40,741 nt of DNA from Cyanobacteria bacterium P01_D01_bin.156 (GTDB taxonomy: Bacteria; Cyanobacteriota; Cyanobacteriia; Phormidesmidales; Phormidesmidaceae), in NCBI GenBank assembly GCA_039024555.1, contig JBCCQQ010000058.1:1-40741 (forward strand). The letters are read 5' to 3'. Under the pieces are notes generated by a model. That model saw only the letters and a program-made list of their open reading frames with translations. It was not told the origin of the DNA and made no database searches. Below are positions 8,817 through 17,819 of this stretch, in pieces (position 1 is the first letter of the stretch; every line of letters begins with the position of its first letter). A program made the position numbers and the translations under genes.

Positions 8817-10103
8817 TCAGGGGCGATGAATAATCTTTTCGAGTACTCTGCGCTTATTACTCGGGTCAATACCGATAAGCCGGACATAATCTTGATGGTG
8901 ATCTGTTAAACACTGCTCGATCGTTTGTAGGGCCTGACCTTCAGTGCCTCCATTAATCACTGGACAGCTCTGCCAAGCATTTGTACGAAAGCGTCGTTTC
9001 TCTACGTATTCCATACCCACCTTGTACCCCTGAGCCATCAGGGTTCGTACCTCCTGCTGCACATCTGAGGGCAGGGCTATGGAAGCGGTCTGAGTAGACT
9101 CAGCATCACTGCCCAAAGCACTACAACTACCATTGGAAGATTGAACCGGCTGTAATAGTTCAGAATGCCTGGTTTGGTAAGAGCGGTAGTAGTTTCCATT
9201 ACCTTTGGGCTGACGGCCCGCCTTATTTAAAGCCTGGTTATATTCCTGCACCAAGCCCATTTCTTGCAGGCGTCGCTGTTCTCTCACCAATCGCTGGCCA
9301 ACTTCCACCAAATGATCAATGCGGAAATCTGGCTTTTTAAAACTAGGAGGTGTTTTGGTATTCACCACATTACGAGATACGTTTTCAACACCCACACGAT
9401 GAATGAAATCAATGATTTGCTCATCATAGATTTGAGCCCTCAGCGCTCCGTAGAAATCAATCGCTTGAGTCGGAAACGTATCTACCAGGGTCTCGATATC
9501 TTGGGAACTTAACCCATCAGGCGAGAAAATCCCTCCCACAATGCCTAAGCGATCGTCCCGATCAGGTTCCCAGTAAAACTTATTCATCCGACCGTCCCGC
9601 ACCAACGGCGCATATAGGGTCGCAAAATCATTACCAGTCACCACAATGGGAATTCGCGGCAGTGGCGTTTCGTCATAGCTACCCGGCAACTGAACATTGG
9701 TGGGATTATCCGCAATGTTCATCAGAGTGTTATTAACAAGCTGGGTATTGACGGTGTACTGGGTCATGCCATCAAACCGACCGGCCCCCGCATCCAGGTC
9801 GTTGATCATTAGCACCGCCATTTCACCCCGAATTTTTACCAGATCCGCCGCTTCGCGATAGCGCAAACGAATTAACCGCGCTGGATCACCTGCATCTGGA
9901 CTTTCTAGTTCCCCACCGGAGATGTGAACCACATTCACACCCATACGCTCGTAAACCAATTCGCACTGGAATGTTTTTCCCTCCCCTTTGCGACCATGAA
10001 TCCCTAAAATCAACGGCAGCTTCACCTGGGGAAGATCGAGAAAGTTTTTAGTGATGTGAACGGCTAACGCATTTAGAAAGCGGGGTGAAATATAGTACGC
10101 CAC
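8817..10103 (-). CDS. rca: Rubisco activase-like AAA+ protein with C-terminal RbcS-like (SSUL) domain (Alc/Rca)
   Basis: GIHGRKGEGKTFQCE, ELESPDAGDP, INDLDAGAGR, NNTLMNIADNP, LVRDGRM. C-terminal SSUL has RRFRTNAWQSC and YVRLIGIDPSNKRRVLE. Confidence 0.93.
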   Translation of the reverse strand: MAYYISPRFLNALAVHITKNFLDLPQVKLPLILGIHGRKGEGKTFQCELVYERMGVNVVHISGGELESPDAGDPARLIRLRYREAADLVKIRGEMAVLMINDLDAGAGRFDGMTQYTVNTQLVNNTLMNIADNPTNVQLPGSYDETPLPRIPIVVTGNDFATLYAPLVRDGRMNKFYWEPDRDDRLGIVGGIFSPDGLSSQDIETLVDTFPTQAIDFYGALRAQIYDEQIIDFIHRVGVENVSRNVVNTKTPPSFKKPDFRIDHLVEVGQRLVREQRRLQEMGLVQEYNQALNKAGRQPKGNGNYYRSYQTRHSELLQPVQSSNGSCSALGSDAESTQTASIALPSDVQQEVRTLMAQGYKVGMEYVEKRRFRTNAWQSCPVINGGTEGQALQTIEQCLTDHHQDYVRLIGIDPSNKRRVLEKIIHRP

Positions 10104-10163
10104 AGGAGTATGAGAGTGGATTAAGCGTATTCATTATCTAACTCCGAGGGATCATGAACAAAC

Positions 10164-10207
10164 GAAAGACTCTTTGGAAATGAGATTTCATTTCCAAAGA
10201 GTCTTTC
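10164..10207 (-). terminator. perfect 20-bp inverted repeat, probable intrinsic terminator of desC
   Basis: GAAAGACTCTTTGGAAATGA-gatt-TCATTTCCAAAGAGTCTTTC, 23 nt past the desC stop, followed on the minus strand by GTTTGTT. Confidence 0.75.
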
Positions 10208-10230
10208 AAAGACCAGATTCTTGCGTAAGC

Positions 10231-11091
10231 TTAGCGCTTTGCGGGGATACGCTTAACTTTCTTAGCCCAACCTAAACGCTCGAATAGTAAGATGGTGTAC
10301 CAAGTCACGTCAACTTCCCACCATTTCCAACCAGTTTGAGCAGAACGAGGATAGGTGTGATGATTGTTATGCCAGCCTTCGCCATAGGTTACTAAGGAGA
10401 CCCACCATAGGTTGCGGGCGTTATCATCGGCATCAAAAGTACGATAGCCCCAAGTGTGGGTAGCAGAGTTCACAAGCCATGTGGCATGCCACACAAGAAC
10501 AGCACGAACAAAAACGCCATAGATTACAAAGGACCAACCGCCAATGGCATAAAGCAAAAGTGCAAGTGGCACTTGGAACAGGAGGAAGTAAGTGTTCAAA
10601 AACCGGTAGAAGGGCTGACGCACTAGATCGGGAGCATATTTGCTGTAGAGCTTCTTATCAAAGTTCTCTCGGTGGGGATATAAGATCCATAAAACATGAC
10701 TCCACCAGAATCCTCGCTTGGCAGAGTAGGGATCATCCTGGATATCCTCTGTGAATGCATGGTGCTTACGATGACCGCTCACCCAAAATATAGGACCACC
10801 TTGAATCGCCAGGGTACCGATTACAGCAATGGGATACTCCAGCCAACGAGGGGCCTGAAAACTGCGATGACTGAGCATGCGATGGAACCCCAAACAGATA
10901 CCTACGCCGCCACAGAGCCAGTGGAGCACAATTGCAACACCTAGAGCAGACCAGGAGAAAAACCATGGGGCTAATAGGGCCAGACCATGGAAGACGGCGA
11001 AAAAGCCTAAAGTTACCCAATCTAAGGGAGGACGTTTTACCTGGGTGCTAGATTCAGACCTGACTGGTGGCCGGGTGAGTTGTGCAGTCAT
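10231..11091 (-). CDS. desC: acyl-lipid delta-9 fatty acid desaturase
   Basis: His boxes HRMLSH, HRKHH and WHNNHH, plus GFWWSH and NSATH. ATG at 11091 (MTAQLT) preferred. Confidence 0.9.
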   Translation of the reverse strand: MTAQLTRPPVRSESSTQVKRPPLDWVTLGFFAVFHGLALLAPWFFSWSALGVAIVLHWLCGGVGICLGFHRMLSHRSFQAPRWLEYPIAVIGTLAIQGGPIFWVSGHRKHHAFTEDIQDDPYSAKRGFWWSHVLWILYPHRENFDKKLYSKYAPDLVRQPFYRFLNTYFLLFQVPLALLLYAIGGWSFVIYGVFVRAVLVWHATWLVNSATHTWGYRTFDADDNARNLWWVSLVTYGEGWHNNHHTYPRSAQTGWKWWEVDVTWYTILLFERLGWAKKVKRIPAKR

Positions 11092-11173
11092 AAAATTCTT
11101 AGAGATATTTTGCAACTGGATTCTCAGGAATGCTCTTGTTGACAGTAAGCGGCCTGATATATCCCAAACATTT

Positions 11174-11190
11174 TGCAAGCGTTACTTGCA
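11174..11190. promoter_or_regulatory. palindromic operator 1 (TGCAAG-N5-CTTGCA)
   Basis: TGCAAG CGTTA CTTGCA in the desC/TetR divergent region. Confidence 0.75.
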
Positions 11191-11221
11191 TTAAACTTAG
11201 GTTAGCAATCTTTTCCTGGAG

Positions 11222-11240
11222 TTGCAAGTAGCACTTGCAA
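11222..11240. promoter_or_regulatory. palindromic operator 2 (TTGCAAGT-N3-ACTTGCAA)
   Basis: Perfect 8-bp arms with the same TGCAAG-N5-CTTGCA core, ending 7 nt before the TetR ATG. Confidence 0.8.
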
Positions 11241-11247
11241 TCTGTCT

Positions 11248-12420
11248 ATGTCTCCGTCCTCCACTCGCCAGCGTCTTACACAGGCTGCAGCTGAACTCTT
11301 TCTTTCCCAAGGGATTAGCCACACCACGACCCGGCAGATTGCGAATATGGCTGAGGTGAATGAAGCCACACTATTTCGGAATTTTGGCAACAAGTATGGG
11401 TTGCTTTTGACCATGTTGCAAGAAGCACCTGCATTCAGTCCTCAAGCTCCCCTACATGGCGAATATTCACCGGATACCTTGAGGCGATACCTAGATGAAC
11501 ACCTACAGCGGCTAGAGAAATTTCCAAACTTTGTGCGATCGCTAATCGGTGAAGCAGATCAGTATCCACCCGATCATCGTCAGGCGCTACAAATTCGCCT
11601 CAAAGAAATGCAAGCAGCAATTGCAAATCATCTAGAACAGATATTGCCTATGGCCCCTGTATCTGCAACAGACCTCGCCAACTTCATCGGTGCTGTTTTA
11701 GTGGGTTACGCCGTCATTGAGGCGACAAGTGGCGATTCTCTGTGGGATGACCGTGACCAATTTTTAGACACACTGACGGCGTTGCTAAGTACTCCCACTC
11801 CAGAACGGCGCCAGATACCAGAGGCGCCGCCCCCCGCATTAGTGGTTGATTTACCTACTAGCTGGGTGCAGCGGTTGATGAAACATACTCGGACGTTGGG
11901 ATTACAAGACCACGCGATCGCACTCGTTCTTTTCGGTGCTGGCCTATCCCCTAATGAAATAGTCTGCCTGGAGCGAGCTCATCAGATCAGCGACAAATCT
12001 CAGCATATTCTGCAGATTATGGGCAGCTATCCACGCCAAGTGCCCGTGAATCAGTGGATCTTAGGCAGACGCTACGGTTCTTATACAAATAATCCCCTCA
12101 CCCGCTGGCTCAAAAGTCGCAAAGACAGCCTGAGTGCCATGTTTGTCAATACAGAGGGTGAGCCGCTGACTGTCGGAGAGTTAGAAGACTATTGGAATGT
12201 TTGGTGGCAGGGATTAGCCCTGGGCGCAGAGCCACCAAAACTGATCCAGGCACGACAAACCTGGTGTGTAGAAATGCTTATGCGGGGAATTAGCTTAGAA
12301 AACCTGAGTATTTTGACCGGCTGTGGAGAAGCTGAACTACAGCCCTATGCTCAGCGAGCAAGGGAAAAAGCTGCGATCGCAGCAGCCACACAACTGGACC
12401 GTAAAAACAGCCCATCCTAG
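11248..12420 (+). CDS. TetR-family regulator fused to a degenerate tyrosine-recombinase-like C-terminal domain (possibly PfsR-like)
   Basis: N-terminal TetR HTH (TRQRLTQAAAELFLSQG..TTTRQIANMAEVNEATLFRNFGNK). C-terminus has QDHAIALVLFGAGLSPNEIVCL and ARQTWCVEMLMRGISLENLSILTG..QPY, matching integrase boxes I and II. Confidence 0.88.
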   Translation: MSPSSTRQRLTQAAAELFLSQGISHTTTRQIANMAEVNEATLFRNFGNKYGLLLTMLQEAPAFSPQAPLHGEYSPDTLRRYLDEHLQRLEKFPNFVRSLIGEADQYPPDHRQALQIRLKEMQAAIANHLEQILPMAPVSATDLANFIGAVLVGYAVIEATSGDSLWDDRDQFLDTLTALLSTPTPERRQIPEAPPPALVVDLPTSWVQRLMKHTRTLGLQDHAIALVLFGAGLSPNEIVCLERAHQISDKSQHILQIMGSYPRQVPVNQWILGRRYGSYTNNPLTRWLKSRKDSLSAMFVNTEGEPLTVGELEDYWNVWWQGLALGAEPPKLIQARQTWCVEMLMRGISLENLSILTGCGEAELQPYAQRAREKAAIAAATQLDRKNSPS

Positions 12421-12583
12421 CCAACGATCATCAACCAGAATTAATCTGGGAAAACTGAATCGACAATCTTTGGTCTATATTGCTGACGTCTATGTCTTCA
12501 GAATCCTTGATCGTTTGACGAGCTAAAGGACAGCTTCCCCTGTAAAAGACGTTATACATCTGCCAAAGCACCCCATAAAGCCT

Positions 12584-13720
12584 ATGACAACTATCTACGA
12601 TTGCATTGTTATTGGTGGTGGCCCAGCCGGAGCTGCTGCTGCGTATCACCTGGCCAAGCAGGGTCATTCCGTATTGATACTAGAAAAAAATAAACTACCC
12701 CGCTACAAACCCTGCGGGGGCGGTGTCTGCCCCAAAGTCGCTGAATGGTTCGACTACGACTTTGAACCCGTTATTTCCCAAAAGGTCACCCAGGTACGCT
12801 ACACCTACAACCTGGAAGACGAAGTGATCTCTGAGCTATCAGAGCCCATTTGGATGGTGCGCCGGGACGAATTTGACCATTACATGGTGCAGCAGGCGCA
12901 AAAGCAAGGAGCTGTCTTACAAGAAGGTACAAAAGCTACTGGCATAGAGTTTAAAGACAGCTGCTGGCATATCACCACCTCTGCTGTCCCCGTAGTAGGC
13001 CGATATCTAATTGCTGCTGATGGTGCAAGAGGCCCCATGGCTAAATGGCTAGGCTTTAAACAGAGAAAGACTGTTATGGCTGGAGCCATCGAAACCGAGC
13101 CACGACTACCCGTCCATAACGGACATATCGTCCACTTTGAATTCGGCCTCATGAAAAATGGCTATGTATGGAATTTTCCTAAAGCCGACGGTTATTCCCT
13201 CGGCAGTGGAGCCTTTGTGTCAGCCAAGCGTAAGTCTCGGGACTTAGTGCAGCCCTTGGCAGATTACTCCAAACAGTTTGGTGTGGACATCAATGACGAA
13301 ACCAAACACGGCCACCCAATTTTTCTATGGGATGGGGACCAAACTCTGCACACCACTCAGGCAGTTTTAGCTGGAGAAGCAGCCTGCGTTGTCGATCCAT
13401 TTACGGCTGAAGGCATTCGTCCTTCGATTTGGAGCGGAATCCAGGCATCGGAAGCGATCCACAGTGCCTTGCAAGGCAAAGATCGAGCTTTAGAAAACTA
13501 CACTCAAATTATGACGAAAGAATGGGGTACCGAGATGCGCTGGGCAGCTCGACTGGCAAAGGCATTTTACCTTGCTCCTAAAGTTGGATACCGTGTGGGC
13601 GTCAAGCATCCACACGGGACACAGATTATGGGGGATGTGTTTTTAGGCAAGCTCCAATATTCAGATGTCGTCGCCCGGGGATTGAAGCGCATCAGTGCAG
13701 GACTACTGTCTGTTGGGTAA
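12584..13720 (+). CDS. geranylgeranyl reductase family FAD-dependent oxidoreductase
   Basis: YDCIVIGGGPAG, PRYKPCGGG, RDEFDH, LIAADGA, GYVWNFPK, AGEAACVVDPFTAEGIR. Confidence 0.9.
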   Translation: MTTIYDCIVIGGGPAGAAAAYHLAKQGHSVLILEKNKLPRYKPCGGGVCPKVAEWFDYDFEPVISQKVTQVRYTYNLEDEVISELSEPIWMVRRDEFDHYMVQQAQKQGAVLQEGTKATGIEFKDSCWHITTSAVPVVGRYLIAADGARGPMAKWLGFKQRKTVMAGAIETEPRLPVHNGHIVHFEFGLMKNGYVWNFPKADGYSLGSGAFVSAKRKSRDLVQPLADYSKQFGVDINDETKHGHPIFLWDGDQTLHTTQAVLAGEAACVVDPFTAEGIRPSIWSGIQASEAIHSALQGKDRALENYTQIMTKEWGTEMRWAARLAKAFYLAPKVGYRVGVKHPHGTQIMGDVFLGKLQYSDVVARGLKRISAGLLSVG

Positions 13721-13892
13721 CACACTAAAATTCTACAGCCGTATCATTATTGCGCTTTCCCGAACAGCGTGTTACTACATAAGCAAATGCTTGCACTAAA
13801 CTAATTGCAAGCGTCAGCCAGCTAGCACGCTGTGACTGTTTTAATGATTTCAAAACGTTTGGCTATGTCTTGCCAACAGGCTTTGTTGATCG

Positions 13893-15488
13893 GTGGTTGC
13901 TAGGTTGCCTACCTTACCGCATCAGGATGCTGATTCTTATGAACCGGCATCGGCTGTTGAGTGGATGTCTCCACCCTCAGTATGGACAACTGAGCAGTCC
14001 ACACCAAAACGCAAAGTTCAAGACAGTACTCTCTTTACATTCCTACGCTGTCAGCGACGAGCCTATCTGGATGTCTATGGTGATGCCACCTTACAGGCAG
14101 ACCCTAGCGACTATTTGGTCAAGCTCAAAGGGGATAGCGCTGTTCATCGGCGCACGGTTCTAGCGGAGTTTGAACCTATCAGTCGCCCTAGCCGTCATGA
14201 TGGTGATGTTGTAGCTGCCGCTCAAGCAACCTTTGCTTTGATGCAGCAAGGTGTTGATTATGTTTATCGTGGAACTGTAGCTGCCATCAGCAAAGACAAC
14301 TCCATTGGATATGTTAGCCAGCCCGATCTTTGGATTAAACAGTCGGGGGATTCTTGGCTCGGGAATTGGCACTATGTTCCCTTAGATATCAAACTTGGGA
14401 AAAAACCCAAACAGGAATATCAGCTTACAGCCGCTTTTCACGCCTATGTACTGGCAGCGTGGCAAGGAGTTATTCCAGCGGTGGCCCATTTGCGTCTACG
14501 GGAACGCCACTATGTGATTGATTTGGAAAAACAGTGGCCAACACTCCTGGAACTGCTTGAGCAGTGTGCCACCGTCCTTACACCGGATGGACACACACCA
14601 GAAGTATTTATTAGTCGCAGCCGATGCGATATGTGTGTCTGGCTAAACTATTGCTACGATGTGGCGCAACAGCAGAATCATCTCTCTTTACTGCCTGGAG
14701 TCACCCTCAATCGTTACCGTCATTTAGAAAAGTTGGGCCTAACAACAGTTGAAATATTAGCGCGTAAGCAACCAGCCCAACTCGCCCAGGCTTCAGGTTT
14801 TGAGCTCAAAGTCGCAGAAAAGCTTGTGCATCAGGCTCAGGCCAAGCTTTCTGGTAATGCGATCGCACGTACCGATGCCAACAACAGCTTTACCCTATCA
14901 CCATCAGACTTGCCTGGTGCCCCGATTGAACTCTATTTCGACATAGAGGCAGCCCCCGACAAAGACCTCGTTTACCTCCACGGTATTTTAGTCGTCGACA
15001 CTCAAACCAATACGGAAACCTTTATACCCTTAGTCGCTAGAGAACCAGAGAGTGAAGCTGCAGCTTGGCACCAGTTTCAACATGTTATGGCCCACTACCC
15101 TGACTCACCAGTTTATCACTTTTGCCCCTACGAAGCCCAAACAGTTCGTCGTTTAGCGGAACGCTACGGCAGCATCGTTGATATTGATGAATTGCTGAGC
15201 CGTTTTGTGGATATCCATAAACGGATTGTAGATGCGGTCACTCTTCCCATTGAAAGCTACGCTCTCAAACACATTGCTCGCTGGATTGGCTTTGAATGGC
15301 GAGATAGTAGTGCCAACGGTGCCCAGTCCATTTGCTGGTACGACAACTGGCTTGCCAGTCAAGATGAACAATATCTCAACGATATTCTGAAATACAACGA
15401 AGACGACTGTAGAGCTACATTCTGGGTGAAACGTTGGCTTGCTAATTTCGCCCTTCCCATCTGGGAACACGACGCTGAAGCTGGATAA
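13893..15488 (+). CDS. TM0106-family RecB-like putative nuclease (PD-(D/E)xK plus HhH plus RNase H-like domains)
   Basis: RCQRRAYLD, QPDLW..PLDIK (PD..DxK), CDMCVWLNYC, LSLLPGV, LYFDIE, SYALKHIA, YNEDDCRAT. Confidence 0.9.
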   Translation: MVARLPTLPHQDADSYEPASAVEWMSPPSVWTTEQSTPKRKVQDSTLFTFLRCQRRAYLDVYGDATLQADPSDYLVKLKGDSAVHRRTVLAEFEPISRPSRHDGDVVAAAQATFALMQQGVDYVYRGTVAAISKDNSIGYVSQPDLWIKQSGDSWLGNWHYVPLDIKLGKKPKQEYQLTAAFHAYVLAAWQGVIPAVAHLRLRERHYVIDLEKQWPTLLELLEQCATVLTPDGHTPEVFISRSRCDMCVWLNYCYDVAQQQNHLSLLPGVTLNRYRHLEKLGLTTVEILARKQPAQLAQASGFELKVAEKLVHQAQAKLSGNAIARTDANNSFTLSPSDLPGAPIELYFDIEAAPDKDLVYLHGILVVDTQTNTETFIPLVAREPESEAAAWHQFQHVMAHYPDSPVYHFCPYEAQTVRRLAERYGSIVDIDELLSRFVDIHKRIVDAVTLPIESYALKHIARWIGFEWRDSSANGAQSICWYDNWLASQDEQYLNDILKYNEDDCRATFWVKRWLANFALPIWEHDAEAG

Positions 15489-15519
15489 TCCTTGCTACAG
15501 AAAAACTTTAGTCAACCGT

Positions 15520-15548
15520 TTGACAAAGTGTCCATTCCTAAGCAGAAT
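15520..15548 (+). promoter_or_regulatory. sigma70-type promoter of tRNA-Asp
   Basis: TTGACA (15520..15525), 17-nt spacer, CAGAAT (15543..15548), ending 15 nt before the tRNA. Confidence 0.75.
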
Positions 15549-15563
15549 AGAGATCGCTCGCAA

Positions 15564-15637
15564 GGGCCTGTAGTTCAATTGGTTAGAGCACCGCCCTGTC
15601 ACGGCGGAAGTTGCGGGTTCGAATCCCGTCAGGCCCG
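15564..15637 (+). tRNA. trnD: tRNA-Asp (GTC)
   Basis: Cloverleaf with acceptor GGGCCTG/CAGGCCC, D arm GTTCAATTGGTTAGAGC, anticodon stem CCGCC/GGCGG with GTC at 15598..15600, T loop GGTTCGAATCC. CCA is not encoded. Confidence 0.98.
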
Positions 15638-15742
15638 TTTACTTAATTCCGAATAGAAAACCGCTTTCTGTAGGTTGTTCAAAAGTCACGAGTGGTCAAC
15701 CCGATGGCGGCAGGCTAAGAATGCCACTGGGCTACTGAGGTT

Positions 15743-16087
15743 CTAAAGAACAACAAGCAAAATACTGACCAAAATCGTAATTCCTAAGAAAATCCAGCTC
15801 AAGTACTTTCGCCACCAGGGAAGCGTATAGATGTCAGCAGCCTTTAAGCGCGGTTCATTAGCCAGGGCAACATCTTGATACAGCGTACAGGTAACGGCCT
15901 TAGGACGTTTGGGAAATGTGCAGCTGTCATCCTGGTGATAGGTGCAACTATTACACAAGAATGCGCTGCCTTCAGCACGATGCAAATCTATGCCCGGATG
16001 ACCGTGCGCTTTAAGTTCTAAGCCACAACTTGGACAGGCAACCGCATTTGTTGTGACCGGTTGATGGCATTTAGGACAAGTGGCCAT
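15743..16087 (-). CDS. zinc-ribbon domain membrane protein
   Basis: CPKC..CPSC zinc ribbon, further Cys cluster (CNSC..C..C), one C-terminal hydrophobic helix. ATG at 16087. Confidence 0.8.
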   Translation of the reverse strand: MATCPKCHQPVTTNAVACPSCGLELKAHGHPGIDLHRAEGSAFLCNSCTYHQDDSCTFPKRPKAVTCTLYQDVALANEPRLKAADIYTLPWWRKYLSWIFLGITILVSILLVVL

Positions 16088-16101
16088 AAGAGTATGCAGT
16101 C

Positions 16102-16518
16102 TCAATCACCTTTATCCTGACTTACGGGTACGACATACTCCTTGGATTCAAGCATTTCATAATCAAATCCTAAAGCAGTATCAAACCGCTGATTAATTTC
16201 TTCTAGCTCATCTTCAGGAATTGCTTTCCACTGTTGACGCGTCGCCCAAGAAATCACAAAAATCACCTCATCATCACGACCAGGCTCTAACCAAGTAGTC
16301 TTATCCAGAAAACCAGGATAGGTAGCAAGCGCCGTTGTCCAAATCTGATCATCAATGGCCAGATAGCGATCTCGTAACGTTGGATCCACTCTGAACTTTA
16401 GCCACTCAATCACCATAAGAGGTTGTTGGGTCATAGGAGTACTGGCTTGAACAGGTTGGCTAAACCAGATGATCGTCACCCACGCTGCGGCCACACACCA
16501 CAGAAGTCTTTTCACCAT
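16102..16518 (-). CDS. TIGR03792-family (ABM-like) exported protein
   Basis: Signal peptide, then MVIEWLKFRV..IWTTALATYPGFLDK..VISWATRQQWKAIP. Confidence 0.8.
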   Translation of the reverse strand: MVKRLLWCVAAAWVTIIWFSQPVQASTPMTQQPLMVIEWLKFRVDPTLRDRYLAIDDQIWTTALATYPGFLDKTTWLEPGRDDEVIFVISWATRQQWKAIPEDELEEINQRFDTALGFDYEMLESKEYVVPVSQDKGD

Positions 16519-16659
16519 ACGGTTAACCGCCTGCCGAATAGGTCAATAGTTTGTCAGAATAAGCTTATACAACTCACATCCAACCTGCCAGGATAGCAAC
16601 TGGCATTCAGAGAGTTGGATGTATTGGCAATCTTACAATTCAACACCTAGGGTTAAGCT

Positions 16660-16983
16660 ATGGACTCTTCCAATTTATTCCGACAGCTTTTAATGTTGGG
16701 CATTGGCACTACCTCACTGGTGGCGGAACAGCTGCGACAGGTGAGTGAAGAATGGGTCAAAGATGGCAAACTGAATCCTGAGCAGGCCCGAGGTTTTGTA
16801 GATGATTTTATGGCCCAATTTAATATTGATCAGGCCGCCATTGACGAGCAACTGCAACGCCAGATTCGAAATATCATGCAGGATTTAGGCGTTCCTAGGC
16901 AAGCCGAAATGGACGAGCTACGAGGTCGGTTAGACCGTTTGGAACGTCAGCTGAGGGACCTTGAAAATAAGCAGTGGCGATAA
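16660..16983 (+). CDS. phasin-family / PHA-granule-associated-like protein
   Basis: LLMLGIGTTSLVAE, WVKDGKLNPEQA, DLGVPRQAEMDELRGRLDRLE. Confidence 0.8.
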   Translation: MDSSNLFRQLLMLGIGTTSLVAEQLRQVSEEWVKDGKLNPEQARGFVDDFMAQFNIDQAAIDEQLQRQIRNIMQDLGVPRQAEMDELRGRLDRLERQLRDLENKQWR

Positions 16984-17103
16984 TACGGGTACCGACCCTA
17001 AATGTGCCACGTTTACGTCTCTGAGTTTGAGGATTCGTAACGTACAATTTGGATGCAGCTTGCATGCTAAAGCATCAGCGCTATCGCACCGGGAGAACAA
17101 ACT

Positions 17104-17652
17104 GTGAAAGAAGTTTTTATTAGTCTGGGAGTTTTCACTATTTGCTGTGTTGTGGCATTGGCCACCCAGCTTAGGGGCAGTGAAGCAGTGGCAGGTACCC
17201 TATCCACTGACATGACAGACACTGCTCAGCCCACACTCATTGCCCAGACGGCATCTGACTTAGACCCCGAGGCAACTACAGAGGAAGCAACTGATATGTC
17301 TGAAGATAATATGATTAAGACCGACTCTGGTTTGATGTATGAAGACATCGAAGTCGGTACCGGAGCTTTACCCACATCAGGGCAGTCAGTCACTGTGCAC
17401 TACACTGGCACATTAGAAAATGGTCAAAAGTTTGATAGTAGTCGCGATCGCAATCGCCCCTTTTCATTTACGATTGGCGTCGGTCAAGTAATCAAAGGCT
17501 GGGATGAAGGCGTCGCTACGATGCGTGTAGGCGGTCGTCGTAAGCTGGTTATTCCACCTGACTTAGGCTACGGTGCTCGCGGTGCTGGTGGCGTCATTCC
17601 CCCCAATGCAACGCTTATTTTCGACGTCGAGCTCATCCGCATCGGCGGGTAA
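17104..17652 (+). CDS. FKBP-type peptidyl-prolyl cis-trans isomerase with N-terminal signal
   Basis: [59 protein letters not shown] before the GTG start. Confidence 0.96.
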   Translation: MKEVFISLGVFTICCVVALATQLRGSEAVAGTLSTDMTDTAQPTLIAQTASDLDPEATTEEATDMSEDNMIKTDSGLMYEDIEVGTGALPTSGQSVTVHYTGTLENGQKFDSSRDRNRPFSFTIGVGQVIKGWDEGVATMRVGGRRKLVIPPDLGYGARGAGGVIPPNATLIFDVELIRIGG

Positions 17653-17686
17653 CCTCACATACAATATTTAGTCCAAGAACTTGCCG

Positions 17687-17715
17687 GGGGTTGCATCTGA
17701 ATCAGATGCAACCCC
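17687..17715 (+). terminator. intrinsic terminator after the FKBP gene
   Basis: GGGGTTGCATCTGA-a-TCAGATGCAACCCC followed by TGTTT, between convergent genes. Confidence 0.8.
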
Positions 17716-17819
17716 TGTTTGCTATATGCGCATTAGTCTGGGTGGGTTTTACCTACTCAGATAAAACTCCAACTTCACTTTTAGCAACTCATTGACTATT
17801 TCGTAACAATGTCAAAACC

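Noticed and set aside
11248..12420. Active integrase marking a mobile element
   Set aside because: The first catalytic Arg and both His positions are substituted. There are no att repeats or cargo, and the gene contains HIP1 sites like the host core.
13781..13814. Additional TetR operator after the geranylgeranyl-reductase-family gene
   Set aside because: The half-sites GCTTGCA and TGCAAGC are in the opposite order with a 10-nt spacer, not TGCAAG-N5-CTTGCA. More likely a small hairpin or chance.
13893..15488. TM0106 nuclease as Cas4 or part of a defence system
   Set aside because: No CRISPR array, cas genes, helicase or methylase nearby. Stand-alone TM0106 genes are common in cyanobacteria.
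15564..15740. tRNA-Asp as an integration site for a genomic island
   Set aside because: No duplicated tRNA 3' end and no intact integrase seen. The flanking genes look like core cyanobacterial genes.
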